From the NCBI RefSeq assembly GCF_004010195.1, contig NC_057718.1:8865363-8923582 (forward strand): a stretch of 58,220 nt of DNA, in the 5' to 3' direction. The position numbers were made by a program, and so were the translations under genes. Each line of letters opens with the position of its first letter. Position 1 is the stretch's first letter. The stretch is from Chiloscyllium plagiosum. Lineage: Eukaryota. A model generated the notes under the pieces. It had not been told where the DNA came from, did no database searches, and worked only from the letters and a program-made list of their open reading frames with translations. This document shows positions 22,780-34,859 of the stretch, piece after piece.

Positions 22780-23290
22780 AGTATTCTACCTACCCACATT
22801 TCTGACTTCTTGTAATCCCCTATATATTTCCCTCCACCACTGATGGCTATGCCTTTAGCTGCTTAAGCCCTAAGTTGGGGAATTCACCTCCCTAAACTTC
22901 TTGATCTCCCCACCTCCTTCATCGTAGGATGTCTACAGTGCGGAAGCAGGCCATTCAGCCCAACAAATCCACTCTAACACTCTGAAGAGCATCCCACCCA
23001 ATCCCAGCATTTCCCCTGGCCAAGCCTGCACACCCCTGGACTGTGGGAGGAACCCCACGCAGACGCAGGGAGAATGTGCAAACTCCACACAGCCTGAGGC
23101 TGGAATTGAACCCAGGTCCCTGCTGCAGTGCGGCTGTAGCGCTAACCATTGAGCCACCACGTAGCTCCTTAAAACCAACCTTGTAGACCCTGTGTTGGTC
23201 ACCAAAGCATATATTTTTAATATCTTTAATACCGTTTTCTTAGATGTGGTGTCAATTATCTCGCTGCCTATCCCCATGAAAACTTTGTGC
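22780..23290 (+). mobile_element. L2-like 3' end split by an HE1 SINE (22922-23163, minus)
   Basis: ggctatgcctttagctgcttaagccctaagttggggaattc...ctccttaaaaccaacctt...ttggtcacc. The HE1 motif lies between these pieces on the minus strand. Confidence 0.6.
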
Positions 23291-23313
23291 TCAATTGACT
23301 GCAATATATAACT

Positions 23314-23537
23314 AGGAGAAAGTGAGGACTGCAGATGCTGGAGATCAGAGTTAAAAAGTATGGTGCTGGAAAAGGACAGCAGGTCAGGCAGCATCCGAGG
23401 AGCAGGAGAGTCGATGTTTCAGGCATAAGCCCTTCTTCATTCCTCATGAACAGTTTATGCCCAAAACGTTGATTCTCCTGCTCCTTGGAAGCTGCTTGAC
23501 CTGCTGTGCTTTTCCAGTGTAGCGATTTTTGACTCTG
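23314..23537. mobile_element. Fold-back PLE mini-element (family A, older)
   Basis: ggagaaagtgaggactgcagatgctgg...cagcaggtcaggcagcatcc followed by an inverted copy ...gctgcttgacctgctgtgcttttccag. Confidence 0.8.
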
Positions 23538-23849
23538 TATTACATAAATGTTTGTCACCTCAATCATTATTTTGAATGTGAATCCCTCTGTTTCCTGCCT
23601 GAGCACCATTAGACCTGTAAGGGGTAGGCTTTAAATCAAAATCATGTAAACCTCTTAGCATCCCATCATGCATTGTACAGCCTGGTGCTGCAATGGGGTA
23701 GTTAGCAGGCTTTAGATAGATAAAGATAAATATTTCTACATATCATTAACATGTCATATTAACAGATCCCAAGGCACATGTATTGCCTTAATCTTATAGT
23801 CCAGTGATCAGTAAAAGATAGGAAAATGGACGTAACTCAACAACTGACC

Positions 23850-24100
23850 ATTCAAACTGATGTTTATAACATTGGTTAAGTGAGAGATGTTGGTCAGGGT
23901 GTTGAAAGAGCTCCCTGCTCTCCCTCAAATAATCCACAAATGATCTCATGGCTTCTCCAAAGGACAGTACTTCAGTCAAACAACACCTCATTAGCACTGT
24001 ATTCGGCATCTCAGTTATTTGAAATGCACTAGAGACCCAAGTGTGATTTGAACCTAAAACCTTCCAGTTGACAAGAAAGCTACCAACTGAGCCAAGCTGG
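23850..24100 (-). mobile_element. Deu-domain SINE, degenerate
   Basis: Minus head cagcttggctcagttggtagc...aggttcaaatc and Deu-like gagagcagggagctc. Confidence 0.55.
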
Positions 24101-25344
24101 CATTTAAAGACTTCGCAAGAATGATTCAAGAGTGCGCATGTGCTTCGCTCACTCCTGCTGATTCCACTGTTGCAATGATATCACATCGTACCCCTCCCAC
24201 TTTCCCGAGACCCCCTCCCAAAGAAGCCTTGTACCCTATTCTGGGGCCTGTATTATCCTCTGTGCGGTACCATGGCAATGATCACTTGGATACGGTCATA
24301 ATCGTTTTACATAACCAAACAATTATTTGCTAGCGTTAAGATTGGAAGTCAGCCAAGAAAAACACAAGTGAAAGAGATACAACAGCTTTAACTGTTAAAT
24401 TCAGATAATCACGACTGGTGAAGTTCCGTCAATTAATGTTTCGGCAGTGACTCAAGTGGCATCTTTCTTGTTTTTACAGTGTGTCCTTGATGGGTTCAAA
24501 GTGGCAATGCATTTAACTCTAGAATAGGCAGCTAATTGCCATCATACTCTGCCTGTGTAAGGAAGGATGTTTGCAGTCTGCAGATGGCAATTTCTAAAGC
24601 CGCAGTCATTCGAAGAGGGATTGGCACTGTGTCCTGCTTCAGTCGCAACACTGTGCTGTAGCAGGAGAGTCATTTGTGTTGCTTTAGGGATGATTGTCTT
24701 CCTCGTTTATCTATAATTCATAAAGCCAAATTAATTAGCAACCGCACTGTGTTCGGAGGAAGAGTTTCTTAACTGTTTCCATTCAGGATCAATGAAAGAG
24801 TAAATGCTGTAACTACTTAATAGCACAACAACTTCTTTCACAGCCACTGCTCCTGTGCTCATGCTGAATGTGCCTGCATTAAATTCATCCAGAATGTCTG
24901 TTGGTGCATGAATGAAATCATTCCATATGGAAACAGTGCCAAGTGAAAAAGAGTCTAACAGCACCACCTGGCTTCAGCTGGTAAGCAGATGAATGGCACA
25001 TTCTTTGAATAAATGATGTTCTGCAGCAAGTGACTGGTTGCATTCTGCTTAGTAACTGTTGCTAACACTGCCTCTGGCACCTGCGATGTTAGATTGAGGC
25101 TCTCAAGCAGCCAATCTCACTGTACTCAATAAGTGAAAGTAAACAAAGGAACCACTCATATTTACATAGCATCTTGTAAGCCTCAGGGGTATATTGAAGC
25201 ACTGTGCAGTCGATGAGGGTGCTTCCAAAGTATAATAGGCCAAATGGCCTCCTTCCAATCTATAAGACTAAGGCGGCCCTATGGTCACTGCTGCAATGTT
25301 AGGAAATAGAGTCACAGAGCAATACAGCATAGAAACTGGCCCCT

Positions 25345-25540
25345 CCTAAGCAGGGCCCTCCACATTTCTTGGTCACATTTGACAAATTTGACCCCTATCA
25401 GCTTTCCGTAGAGACCACTCCCTCCGCGACTCCCTTGTCAGATCCACACCCCCCACCGACCCAACCTCCACTCCCGGCACCTTCCCTTGCAACCGCAGGA
25501 GGTGCAACACTTGCGCCCACACCCCCCCCCAACCCCATCC
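25345..25540 (+). mobile_element. PLE ORF fragment (RT-endonuclease linker)
   Basis: + frame LSAFRRDHSLRDSLVRSTPPTDPTSTPGTFPCNRRRCNTCAHT. Confidence 0.85.
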
Positions 25541-25712
25541 AGGAGAAAGATATAAATAGAAAGCAAGAGACAACAGCTTCGCTTCACTTGGAGGTCGCCA
25601 CTGATGTTACCTAGCCAGGTAATGAAACGTCTGGATATCAAACCTACAGCTCAGCGAGTAAACCTACACCCTAAACCTCAACCTGACTTACAAACCTTCA
25701 CAAACCTTGCAA
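25540..25712 (+). mobile_element. PLE 3' end of a fourth family (D) with degenerate hammerhead
   Basis: cca-CTGATG-TTACC-TAGCCA-GGTAA-T-GAAA-CG-TC-tgg at 25598-25634. Stems I and II pair, but the core lacks A9. Confidence 0.6.
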
Positions 25713-25876
25713 AAATTTTATAACGTTGTTTGGTTTTGCCATTTTATTTTTCTTATTTGATCAGTTGAGTGAATCTTAGCCACTGGTGCATGGACAATGT
25801 TTGATTTATTTGTATTATTAATGACTTTGTAACATGTGTGACTATTGTGTTTTCAACTTTTAACTCATTTTGTATT

Positions 25877-26000
25877 TGAAGAAGGGCCTGTGCCCGAAAC
25901 GTCGAATCTCCTGTTCCCTGGATGCTGCCTGACCTGCTGTGCTGTTCCAGCAATAAAGTTTCAACTTTGATCTCCAACATCTGCAGACCTCACTTTCTCC
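25877..26000 (+). mobile_element. PLE terminal repeat (family A, same young subfamily as 19061)
   Basis: Nearly identical to the 19061-19278 element. Starts at TGAAGAAGGGCCTGTGCCCGAAACGTC and keeps the terminal tail. Confidence 0.88.
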
Positions 26001-26129
26001 ACAAATTTGACCCCGTCAGGACCTTTTGCACTCTGGGTGGCCCAGTCAATCCAGGGGAAATTAAAATTTCCAATCAATACGACTCTATTATATCTACAGG
26101 TATCTGCAATCTCTCGAGACATCTGCTCG

Positions 26130-26935
26130 TCTAGTACCCGCTGGCTAGTTTGGGCGTCTATTGTACAGCCCCAGCGGAGTGACCATGTCCTTCTTGTTTC
26201 TGAATTCTAACCATTTGGCCTCATTTGATGATTCGGAGATGCCGGTGTTGGACTGGGGTGCACAAAGTTAAAAATCCACACAACACCAGGTTAGAGTCCA
26301 ACAGGTTTATTTGGAAGCACTCGCTCTCGGAGCGCCACTCCTTCATCGGGTGGTTGTGGAATATAGTCCTTCCAAATACACCTGTTGGACTATAACCTGC
26401 TGTTGCGTGATTTTTAACTTAACCTCATTCGATGACCCCTTAAGAATATCATCTCGAAGCACCGTTGTCATGTCCTCCTTTATCAAAAGGGCAACTCCTG
26501 CTTCTCACTTACTTGTCATTCTGTCACGCCTGTATGTTCTGTGTCCTGGAACATTGAGTTGCCAGTCCTATCCTGCTCTCAGCCATGTTTCTGTTATAGC
26601 TATAATATCCCAGTCCCCAGAGCCAATCTATGCTCTGAGCTCATCTGCCTTGCCAGTCAGGCATCGTGCATTCAAATAAAAGCACTTTAAACCAGAAGTC
26701 TTTTCCCTCCCTTTACTGTGCCCCTTGCTATCCTAAACAGTAAACTTGCTCTCAATGGCTGATGCATTTTCCCCGACTTCTCTGTGGCATATCTCTTATT
26801 CAGAGTCCACCCCACATTCCTATGCTTGAAACATCAACTCTCCCGCTCCTCAGATGCTGCCTGACCAGCTGTGCTTTTCCAGCGCCACACTTTTTGAGTC
26901 CCATCCCACTGCCAAACTAGTTTAAACCCTCCGGG
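26130..26935 (-). mobile_element. Old CR1 ORF1-end/endonuclease fragment containing PLE insertions (26232-26422 and about 26815-26900)
   Basis: Minus reading gives ...WDIIAITETWL...DWQLNVPG...GVALLIK..., the CR1 endonuclease N-terminal motif. Confidence 0.7.
26232..26422. mobile_element. Fold-back PLE mini-element (family C)
   Basis: TSD cctcatttgatga (26219-26231) / cctcattcgatga (26423-26435). Inverted arms, with a decayed hammerhead on the minus strand. Confidence 0.78.
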
Positions 26936-27224
26936 GTAACAGGGATGCAGCAACTTATTTGTGCACAACAGGATCCCACATAGTAATGACCAGATAAACA
27001 TTGGTTTTATGATGCTGGTAGAGGAAGAAATGCATAGGTCTGAAAGAGTTTGAAAGGGTTAATAGCTGATTGGATGCAGAAGCACCAGCCCATGATGATA
27101 TCATGAGGACCTTGGAGTTACAGAAGGAGCTAGCAGGAGACAGGTTTGAGGCTAGTGTACTGCTGTTTCTGTAGCAACGTAGGTCACGTTCGGTAATCTG
27201 TAAGTAGGCATGGTAATGCAGTAA

Positions 27225-28520
27225 AATTCATAGGAACTAGGAGCAGATCCATTCAGTCATTCAATATCCTTATGGCCAATCCTCTATCTCAATGTCACAT
27301 TCTAGTTTTCTCCTCATATCCTTTGATGCCTTTAAAATCTGAAGTTGTATCTATCTCCTTCTTGGATGTACCTGGCCACCAACGCCTACTGTGACAGAGA
27401 ATTCCACAGATTCACTCCACTCTGAGTGAAGAAGCATTCCTTCATCTCAGTCCTAAATAGTACATCCTGTATCCTGAGACTGTCCCCTGGTTCTAAACTG
27501 CCCAACCAGGGAAATCATCTTCCTTACATCTCACCTGTCCAGTCCTGTTTCAATCAGATCCCCTCTCAAATGGATACAAGCCCAGTGGAACTAATCTCTG
27601 CTCATATGACAGTCCTGCCATCTCCAGTATCAGTCTCATGAGCTTCGGCTGTGGTCTCTCTATGGCAAGTATGTTCTCTCTTAGTTAGGAAGACCAAAGC
27701 TGCACATAGTTTTCCAGATTTGGTCTCACCAAGGCCCTGTATAACTACAATAACACATCCTTACTTCTGGACTCAAACCTTCTTCCAGTGAAAGGCAATA
27801 TATTATTTGCCGTCCTGATTGCTTGCTACACCTTCCATATTATTGGCATTATTCACCCAACAAGAATCTTCTATTCAGACCAGAAAGATAGCTATCCTCG
27901 TCCATGCTACACAACGTAGAGTCATAAAGTTATAGAGATGTACAACACGGAAACAGGCGCTTTGGTCTAACTCTTCCAAGCTGACCACATGTCCTAAATT
28001 AATCTAGTTCCATTTGCCAGCATTTGACCCATATTTCTCTAAACCCTTCCTATTCATATACCCATCCAGATGCCTTTTCAATGTTGTAATTGTACCAGCC
28101 TCCACCACTTCCTCTGGCAGCTCATTCCATACATGCACCACCCTCCATATGAAACATTTGCCCCATAGGTCCCTTTTATATTTTTCCCCTCTCCACCTTA
28201 AACCTATGCTCTGTAGTTTTCGACTCCCCCACCCAGGGAGAAGACCTTGATTGTTCACCCTATCCAAGCCCCTCATGATTTTATAAACCTCTATAATGTC
28301 ATCTCTCAACCTCTGATGCTACAGGGAAAACAGCCTCAGCCTATCCAGCCTCTCCCTGTAGCTCAAACCCTCCAACTCCGGCAACATCCTTGTAAATCTT
28401 TTCTGAGCCCTTCCAAGTTTAACAACATAGGGAGACCAGAATTACACACAATGATCCAGAAGTGGCCTAACAAATGTCCTGTACAGCTGCAACATCACCT
28501 CCTAACTCTGATACTTGAAA
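27225..28520 (-). mobile_element. Two tandem CR1 3' fragments (about 27225-27840 and 27915-28520)
   Basis: Minus ORF 28004-28309 IIEVYKIMRGLDRVN...WNELPEEVVEAGTITTLKRHLD. Confidence 0.85.
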
Positions 28521-28684
28521 CTTGAAGAAATCCATTTGAAACAACATGGTGAGCAGTGACGGGGTCCTGCCATAACTTAGTGATGACTAGCGCTATTTCT
28601 AAATAGTGCCAACTACAATAAATGAGATTTCAGGTCCCCAAGGAGACCAAAGGGAAAACTGCTGCTGACCAGGTCATAAGAATC

Positions 28685-28963
28685 GGGCGGCACGGTGGCT
28701 CAGTGGTTAGCACTGCTGCCTCACAGCACCAGGGTCCATTCTCCCTGTGCCTGCAGGGGTTTCCTCCAGTTGCTCCGGTTTCCTCCCACAGTCCAAGGAT
28801 GTGCAGGTCAGGTGAATTGGTCATGCTAAATTGCCCAGAGTGTAAGGTGCGTTAGTCAGAGGTAAATGTAGGGGAATGGGTCTGGGTGGGTCGCTCTTCA
28901 GAGGGTCGATGTGGACTTGTTGGGCCGAAGAGCCTGTTTCCTTACAGTAGGGAATCTAATCTA
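28685..28963 (+). mobile_element. HE1-type V-SINE
   Basis: gggcggcacggtggctcagtggttagcactgctgcc..., V-domain, aatctaatcta tail. Confidence 0.88.
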
Positions 28964-29364
28964 AAAGCTAGGAGCAGGAGTAATCCATATGGCCCCTTGA
29001 GCCTGCTCTGCCATTCAATAAGATCATGGCTGTCTTTTTCATGACCTCAGCTCCCCTCAACCACCCGCTCACCATAACCCTTAATTTCTTCACTGTACAA
29101 ACCTTTTTCTACTTCAGGACAAACAGAAAACCAAATGGAAAGGGTTTCCAACCTAACAGAAGAAGCCAGGAGTAGGAACCACTTGTAACTCTAAGACAGA
29201 TGCTGCATGGTGAGGCAATGGTCTGTAGGAATGGTCCTGAGTCCAAGTTGAGTCGATGGGACCAATCAGGCATCAAGGATCATGTGAGGGAAGACAAAAC
29301 CATCCTTGTGCATGACGTGCAATGTTAAAATGGTGTGGCATTTCACTTTTTCATCCTAAAAAAG

Positions 29365-30410
29365 TCATAGGGTCAGAGAGATCTGCAGCACAGAAAAAAA
29401 AATCTTCCGGCGCATTGAAACTGTGCCAGTCAGAAACAACCACCTAACCATTCTAATCGTATTTCCCAGCACTTGGCCTGCAGTGTGGGCATCACAAGTG
29501 CACATCTAAATGCTTCATCAATGTGATGAGGGTTACTGCCTCTCCCACCCTTACAGGCAGTGAGTTCCAGATTCCCACCATCCTCTGGGTGAATAAATGT
29601 TTCCTCAAATCTCTTCTAAACCTTCTCCCCCTAATTTTAAATCTAAGATCCTCATCATTGACCCCCACACCAAGGGGAAACATTTCTTCCTGTCTATCTT
29701 ATCAATGCCCCTCATAATTTAACGCATCTTGTTTTGGACGAGGTAAGACTCCCCTAAAACGTGTGAAGAAGTTGGCCCAGACCCTAACTTTTCTTTTTTT
29801 TTTGGCAGGTGTGAGGTGGATATTCCAGGAGTAAAGCAGCTCGTCAAACCACTCAGCTTTAAACCAAGCAGAATTTATTTAAACATTACGGATGAAATGC
29901 AAACAAAAGAAAACGGAATTTGGAATAGCTTAACTTATTTGATAACCCAACCAACACGATGTCGCAACTTAATGAGGCTGTTCCAATCCTGGCCACACCT
30001 CCTTGGCGAAAGGTAAATTCAAACACAGGTTCTTACAGGTAGGAAAGGTTTGAGATAGTTCAGGCAAGAAACATCTGTTGAAGCATAAACCTTCTTTTCA
30101 CTGTAACTGTTTCTCTAAGTCCCCAGCAACCTTCTAACTGCTTGCTAAAAACAGACCAAACTAGAAAACAAAACTGAACTGGGAGAACTGACTAGTCCCC
30201 TGCTATTGTTCAGTGTAACCATGTCCAGACAATTTAGCCCTTCTACCTTTACAACCCCTCTTGACAAAAAAATCAAGGACCATGTAACCTTGTAAAAGGG
30301 GCAGCATGGTCACAATCTCAATCATGTTGCCTCTCAGTCCCCTCTGTTGCAAGGAAAACAACCCCACTCTGTCCAATCTCTCTTCAAAACTGAACCTCTC
30401 CAGCCCAGGA
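29365..30410 (-). mobile_element. CR1 3' fragment interrupted by a solo LTR
   Basis: Minus peptide RFKIRGRRFRRDLRKHLFTQRMVGIWNSLP. The CR1 resumes at 30315. Confidence 0.8.
29730..30314 (-). mobile_element. Solo LTR (Gypsy-like), 585 bp
   Basis: TG...CA termini. Exact 4-bp TSD ATCT at 29726-29729 and 30315-30318. AATAAA on the minus strand near 29875. Confidence 0.8.
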
Positions 30411-30654
30411 CAAGAGAGCAGTCATATTTGTTTAAAAGCTACAGCTCTGATCAAGCATCACTGCTGTAATACTTGGATACCGTAAGGCTAAGCTGGAAAG
30501 GCAAAACTAAAAGGGTGAGGAGAGAAACATATTCTGGGGGTATATATTATGATTGCTGAAGGACCTGCTGACCAAGCCATGTCAACTATGACAAAAAGGA
30601 GATTAAAAAAAGAGATAAAAGTAGAAAGGTAAAGTCATCATTGATCTAGTTTAG

Positions 30655-31175
30655 ATTACTGTGCAGTTCTGGTCGCCATGGTATAGGACGGATATTAAGC
30701 TGGAGAGGGTTCAGAAGAGATCTACAGGTTATGGGAGATTTGAGTTATAAAGAAAGGCAGGATGGGCTGTGACCTTTTTCACTGGACTGTAGGAGATTGA
30801 GAGGTGACCTTTACAGAGGTTTGTAAAATCATGAGGGGTACAGATAAAGTGAGTGGCAGGTGTCTGTTTCCCTAGGATGAGGGATTTCAAGACTAGCGGC
30901 ATATTTTTAAGGTGAGAGGAGAGAGATTTAAAAAAGACATGGGAGCAGATTTTTTACAAAGAGAATGGTTCGCATGTGGAACAAACTTCCTGAGGAAGTG
31001 ATGGATGCAGGCACAGTTTTACTACTTAGCTAAGTACATGAACAGGAAAGGTTTGGAGGGATATGGGCCAGGAGCAGGCAGGTGGAACCAGTTTAGTTTG
31101 GGATTATGTTCAGCATGGACTGGTTGGACCGAAGGATTTGTTACCATGCTGTATGACTCTCTGACTTTATGACTA
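30655..31175 (+). mobile_element. CR1 LINE 3' end
   Basis: tactgtgcagttctggtcgcc...gagaggtgacct...ctgtatgactctctgactttatgact tail; similar to 12863-13435. Confidence 0.85.
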
Positions 31176-31619
31176 GATGAGTGCTGGATAGTTAAAGAGG
31201 TATCAATACTGGGTCAAACACAGATAAGGACAACACAGCAGGAGTCACAGAGAGATTCTGATCCATGTGATAGCCTCCACTATGAAGGTCATGAAGGTTG
31301 GTACATCTCCCTGACAGCTGTGAAGCAAAGGAACACCATTTGTTCTTCAATAAATCTGAGAGAACTACCATTATTACAGAATAAAATTCCTTAAAGGAAA
31401 TAAAATACTTAATCACTCTAGGAAGCTATGGTTTCAGAAATAGTATTATTAGCAAGATTTAATTTCAGAGCCAAGCCACATAGAACACAAAACTGGAAAT
31501 CCTGGAGGTCACAATTATTGAGGATGAGAGTGATTTCTAAATTGGTCTGCAAGACAGATGCTGACTGAATAAATCTCCTTCTGCCCATAACTGGGAGTAT
31601 ACCAGATGGCATTACTGCT

Positions 31620-31953
31620 CACAAAGGGATAGGTGAAACATCAGAAAAATTCAAAGACATACTGGTGGCCTTTGGTTTTTACTAGAACCTCAGATCCTAA
31701 TGAAATTGCAGAAAGGGTGAGATTCAGCAAAACAAGGTGCAACATTCAGGTGGATCTGTTGATGATTTCATTCTGACTAACGGAGAGATGTGGCAATGAT
31801 GATTTATAAAATACAGAGACGTGGTAGGGATTGCTGATGTATTTTTGTCAGATTTATTCCAGTCCAAAGGAAGTCTAATTCTGGAGAAAGCCATCCAGGT
31901 GTTGAATGAAGCACAGAATTATGAGCAAAACAGGACAATCCTAACAGAACAAA
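31620..31953 (+). mobile_element. Decayed Gypsy LTR-retrotransposon gag fragment
   Basis: Frameshifted EIAERVRFSK...VQHSGGSVDDFI...VVGIADVFLSDLFQSKGSLILEKAIQVLNEAQ resembles the Gypsy Gag pattern ER.RF..R.Q..GE.V..F...IRDRIVVGI.D..LS..L....LTLEKA. Confidence 0.65.
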
Positions 31954-32155
31954 TTAGATTACATTACATTACAGTGTGGAAACAGACCCTTCGGCCCAAC
32001 AAGTCCACACTGACCCGCCAAAGCGTAACCCACCCATACATTTACCCCTTACCTAACACTATGGGCAATTTTTTTAGCATGGCCAATTCACCTGACCTGC
32101 ACATCTTTGGACTGTGGGAGGAAACCGGAGCACCCGGAGGAAACCCACGCAGACA
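31954..32155 (-). mobile_element. HE1 V-SINE (young), runs into the gap
   Basis: Near-identical to the reverse complement of 10350-10567. Confidence 0.9.
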
Positions 32156-32425
32156 NNNNNNNNNNNNNNNNNNNNNNNNNNNNNNNNNNNNNNNNNNNNN
32201 NNNNNNNNNNNNNNNNNNNNNNNNNNNNNNNNNNNNNNNNNNNNNNNNNNNNNNNNNNNNNNNNNNNNNNNNNNNNNNNNNNNNNNNNNNNNNNNNNNNN
32301 NNNNNNNNNNNNNNNNNNNNNNNNNNNNNNNNNNNNNNNNNNNNNNNNNNNNNNNNNNNNNNNNNNNNNNNNNNNNNNNNNNNNNNNNNNNNNNNNNNNN
32401 NNNNNNNNNNNNNNNNNNNNNNNNN
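32156..32425. other. Assembly gap (270 N)
   Basis: Run of N. Confidence 1.
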
Positions 32426-33607
32426 AAAGGCCCCCCCCCCGCCCCCCCCATATCCATATCCAGCTCTTCTCCCCTTTGCTGTGCCTGCAGTTACTGTTCC
32501 CTCTTCAGGGAACAAAGCTACAGTCATTTTAGGACTTTTAAGGATTTTTTAAATGTTGCCAAGATGGTGCCTCCCTATCCCATTCCAACACCGGCCTGAA
32601 TCAGCAGGTTTCAATCAGGAAGGGAATCGAGGGTGATTTGGAAAAGGCAGCAAAGTGGAGTTAAGGGTTATCAGGTCTACCATGATCTCATTGAATAATG
32701 GATGGGCTGAATGGCCTACTTCTGTTCCTATGTATCGGTCTTATGAGCTTTGACTAAGAAAGTTTTAAAAAACGCAATTCATTAGATCTAGCTGACAGGT
32801 CAATAGGGTCACATGGTGTGAATGATCTTCCCTGATTTTAAGATTCTCATGTTTGTTTCCATATCACAGCTTTACCCCTCCCTAAGGTCTGCCCTCTCTT
32901 CCAGCCCCACGGCCTGACAAGATGTAGCCCTCTTCAAATCCTGGCCTGTTGTGCATCCTCAATTTTAACCCATCCATTGGAGCAGACTCGATGGGCCGAA
33001 CTGCCTCATTCTGCTCCTACATCACGTGGCCCTTTTAAATAAAGTGGCTGCTGCCCCTGCTGAAGGCTTCCTGTTGGCCCTCCAGTTTCAGGAAATTGTC
33101 CGCCTTCCTTCATCAGGCTCGCCTGGTGCGGGGACCTCGATGTTGGGGGTTTGTGGGGTGGGGAGGGATCATGCCCACTGGCTGCCCAGCCTCGATTCCC
33201 TACCCCGGCCCCAGGAGTACGGCTAAGGTCAAAAATGCCTGACATCCCAAGCTGCGTGTTGAACGAGTGTGGACGACCCCACTGGGCTTTCCAAGGAGGA
33301 TCTAATTTTCTCAGAATATCAGCCAAAGTTCCTACTGCCCATCCTGTCTCTGATTCACAGGTCATTTCGCCATGGATCCAGACCCCCATTCACCAAAATT
33401 ATGGCCTGAATTGAGGAGAAACCTCATGGACATTCCAGGAGGTTAGACTGCATTCATTGCACTATTTGTTGACATTTCTGGTCCATAGACTCATACAGCA
33501 TGGAAACAGACTGTTCTTTCTAACCAGTCCATGTCAAACATAATCCCAACTAAACTAGTCCCACCTAGCTGCGTTTGGCTCGTATCCCTCCAAACCTTAA
33601 ACAAAGG

Positions 33608-33745
33608 CCTCTGAGGAAGGGTCACCGGACCTGAAACATTAACTCTGATTTCTCCCACAGATGCTGCCAGACCTGCTGAGCTTTTCCAGTGACTTCTGTT
33701 TTTGTTTCTAATTCATAGCATCCGCAGCCCTTTCAGTTTTCATCT
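33608..33745 (+). mobile_element. PLE terminal fragment (family B) with hammerhead-like core, preceded by a CR1 tail (about 33485-33600, minus)
   Basis: CTGAGGA-A-GGGTC-ACCG-GACCT-GAAA-CA-TT at 33611-33640 (CpG-decayed). Confidence 0.72.
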
Positions 33746-34459
33746 CATTAATGTCTGGGAGACGTTTCTGGCAGAGAATGACTGCTGTGTGCACCTCCAT
33801 AACAACCATCAACACTTCAAAAATAATCCAATTTTACAGTAAGGCTCTTGAGACATTTATAATGAAGTGTTGAGATGCAATGTGTATTTTCTCCTACTCT
33901 TAATTTCAACGTTTAGTTGGAGAGCTTATGTGTGTAAAATTTGTTCAGGAAAGTGTTGCACTTATAATATCCACAAGGAGTGCCCTCCAGTATGGTAATA
34001 TTGAAGCTTATTTATTTCTAAGTCTTGAAAAATAGTTCAAAAAAAGATCGAATGGATAGGGGTTAGTCCTTTTGGTTCACTGGGTAGTGTCTCTGTTTCT
34101 GAGCCTCAAAACATCTGTTTCAAGTCTGAGTCCAGAACTTGATGGCGAAAAGTGCATTTGTATTGGAGTCAAGAGGGTTGGTTATCAACCTGCAACACTC
34201 TGTTTCGAAAGCTTCTTCTTTTGTGACATAGACCAGAGTCAATAGACTGAGGGACACCACTCTATATCAACCATGGCAGACCTGGGGTCTCTCCCACTCT
34301 CCAAAATTGGGAGGATTGAAGATAATTGAAGAAATTTCCCAGGCAACCATTGCTGGAACCTTCTAATGTTTGCTTCATCTTTCTGAGGTAAGCATCATCT
34401 CCTCCATTTTTCTCCAACTCAACAAAATCCCGAAGCAAGGTGAGTGGACAGCTTTCAAG

Positions 34460-34553
34460 AAGTCTGATGAAGGCCTCCTGCCGGGAACGTCGATTTTCCT
34501 GCTCCTCGGATGCTGCCTGACCTGCTGCGCATTTCCAGCACCACTCTAATCTA
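34460..34553 (+). mobile_element. Older PLE terminal fragment (family A) with 13-bp TSD
   Basis: TSD GACAGCTTTCAAG at 34447-34459 and 34554-34566. Decayed CTGATGA...GGAACGTC core. Confidence 0.8.
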
Positions 34554-34570
34554 GACAGCTTTCAAGGCTT

Positions 34571-34859
34571 GAAAATGTGTTGCTGGAAAAGCGCAGCAGG
34601 TCAGGCAGCATCCAGGGAAGAGGAGAATCGACGTTTCGGGCATAAGCCCTTCTTCAGGAATGAGGAAAGTTTGTCCAGCAGGCTAAGATAAAAGGTAGGG
34701 AGGAGGGATTTGGACAAACTTTCCTCATTCCTGAAGAAGGGCTTATGCCCGAAACGTCGATTCTCCTGTTCCCTGGATGCTGCCTGACCTGCTGCGCTTT
34801 TCCAGCAACACATTTTCAGCTCTGATCTCCAGCAACTGCAGAGCTCACTTTCTCCTCAA
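34571..34859. mobile_element. Fold-back PLE mini-element (family A): 108-bp arms, 33-nt spacer, tail
   Basis: Arms 34570-34677 and 34711-34818 with 1 mismatch. TSD agctttcaaggctt (34557-34570) / agctttcaagactt (34860-34873). Confidence 0.9.
34727..34762 (+). ncRNA. Minimal hammerhead ribozyme motif (mirror copy on the minus strand)
   Basis: CUGAAGA-A-GGGC-UUAU-GCCC-GAAA-CG-UC at 34731-34758. Stem I is short and imperfect. Confidence 0.68.

Noticed and set aside
24731..24967. Protein-looking 78-aa minus-strand ORF
   Set aside because: No convincing splice acceptor or donor and no recognisable motif. The + strand AG..GT candidate (24844-24980) has stops in all three frames.
31821..32599. Long ORFs of 127-243 aa
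   Set aside because: They span the 270-N gap and fuse a gag relic with SINE sequence.
33020..33410. GC-rich segment with several overlapping ORFs
   Set aside because: Peptides look random. Probably a remnant of an old non-autonomous DNA element, but paired TIRs or a TSD could not be shown.
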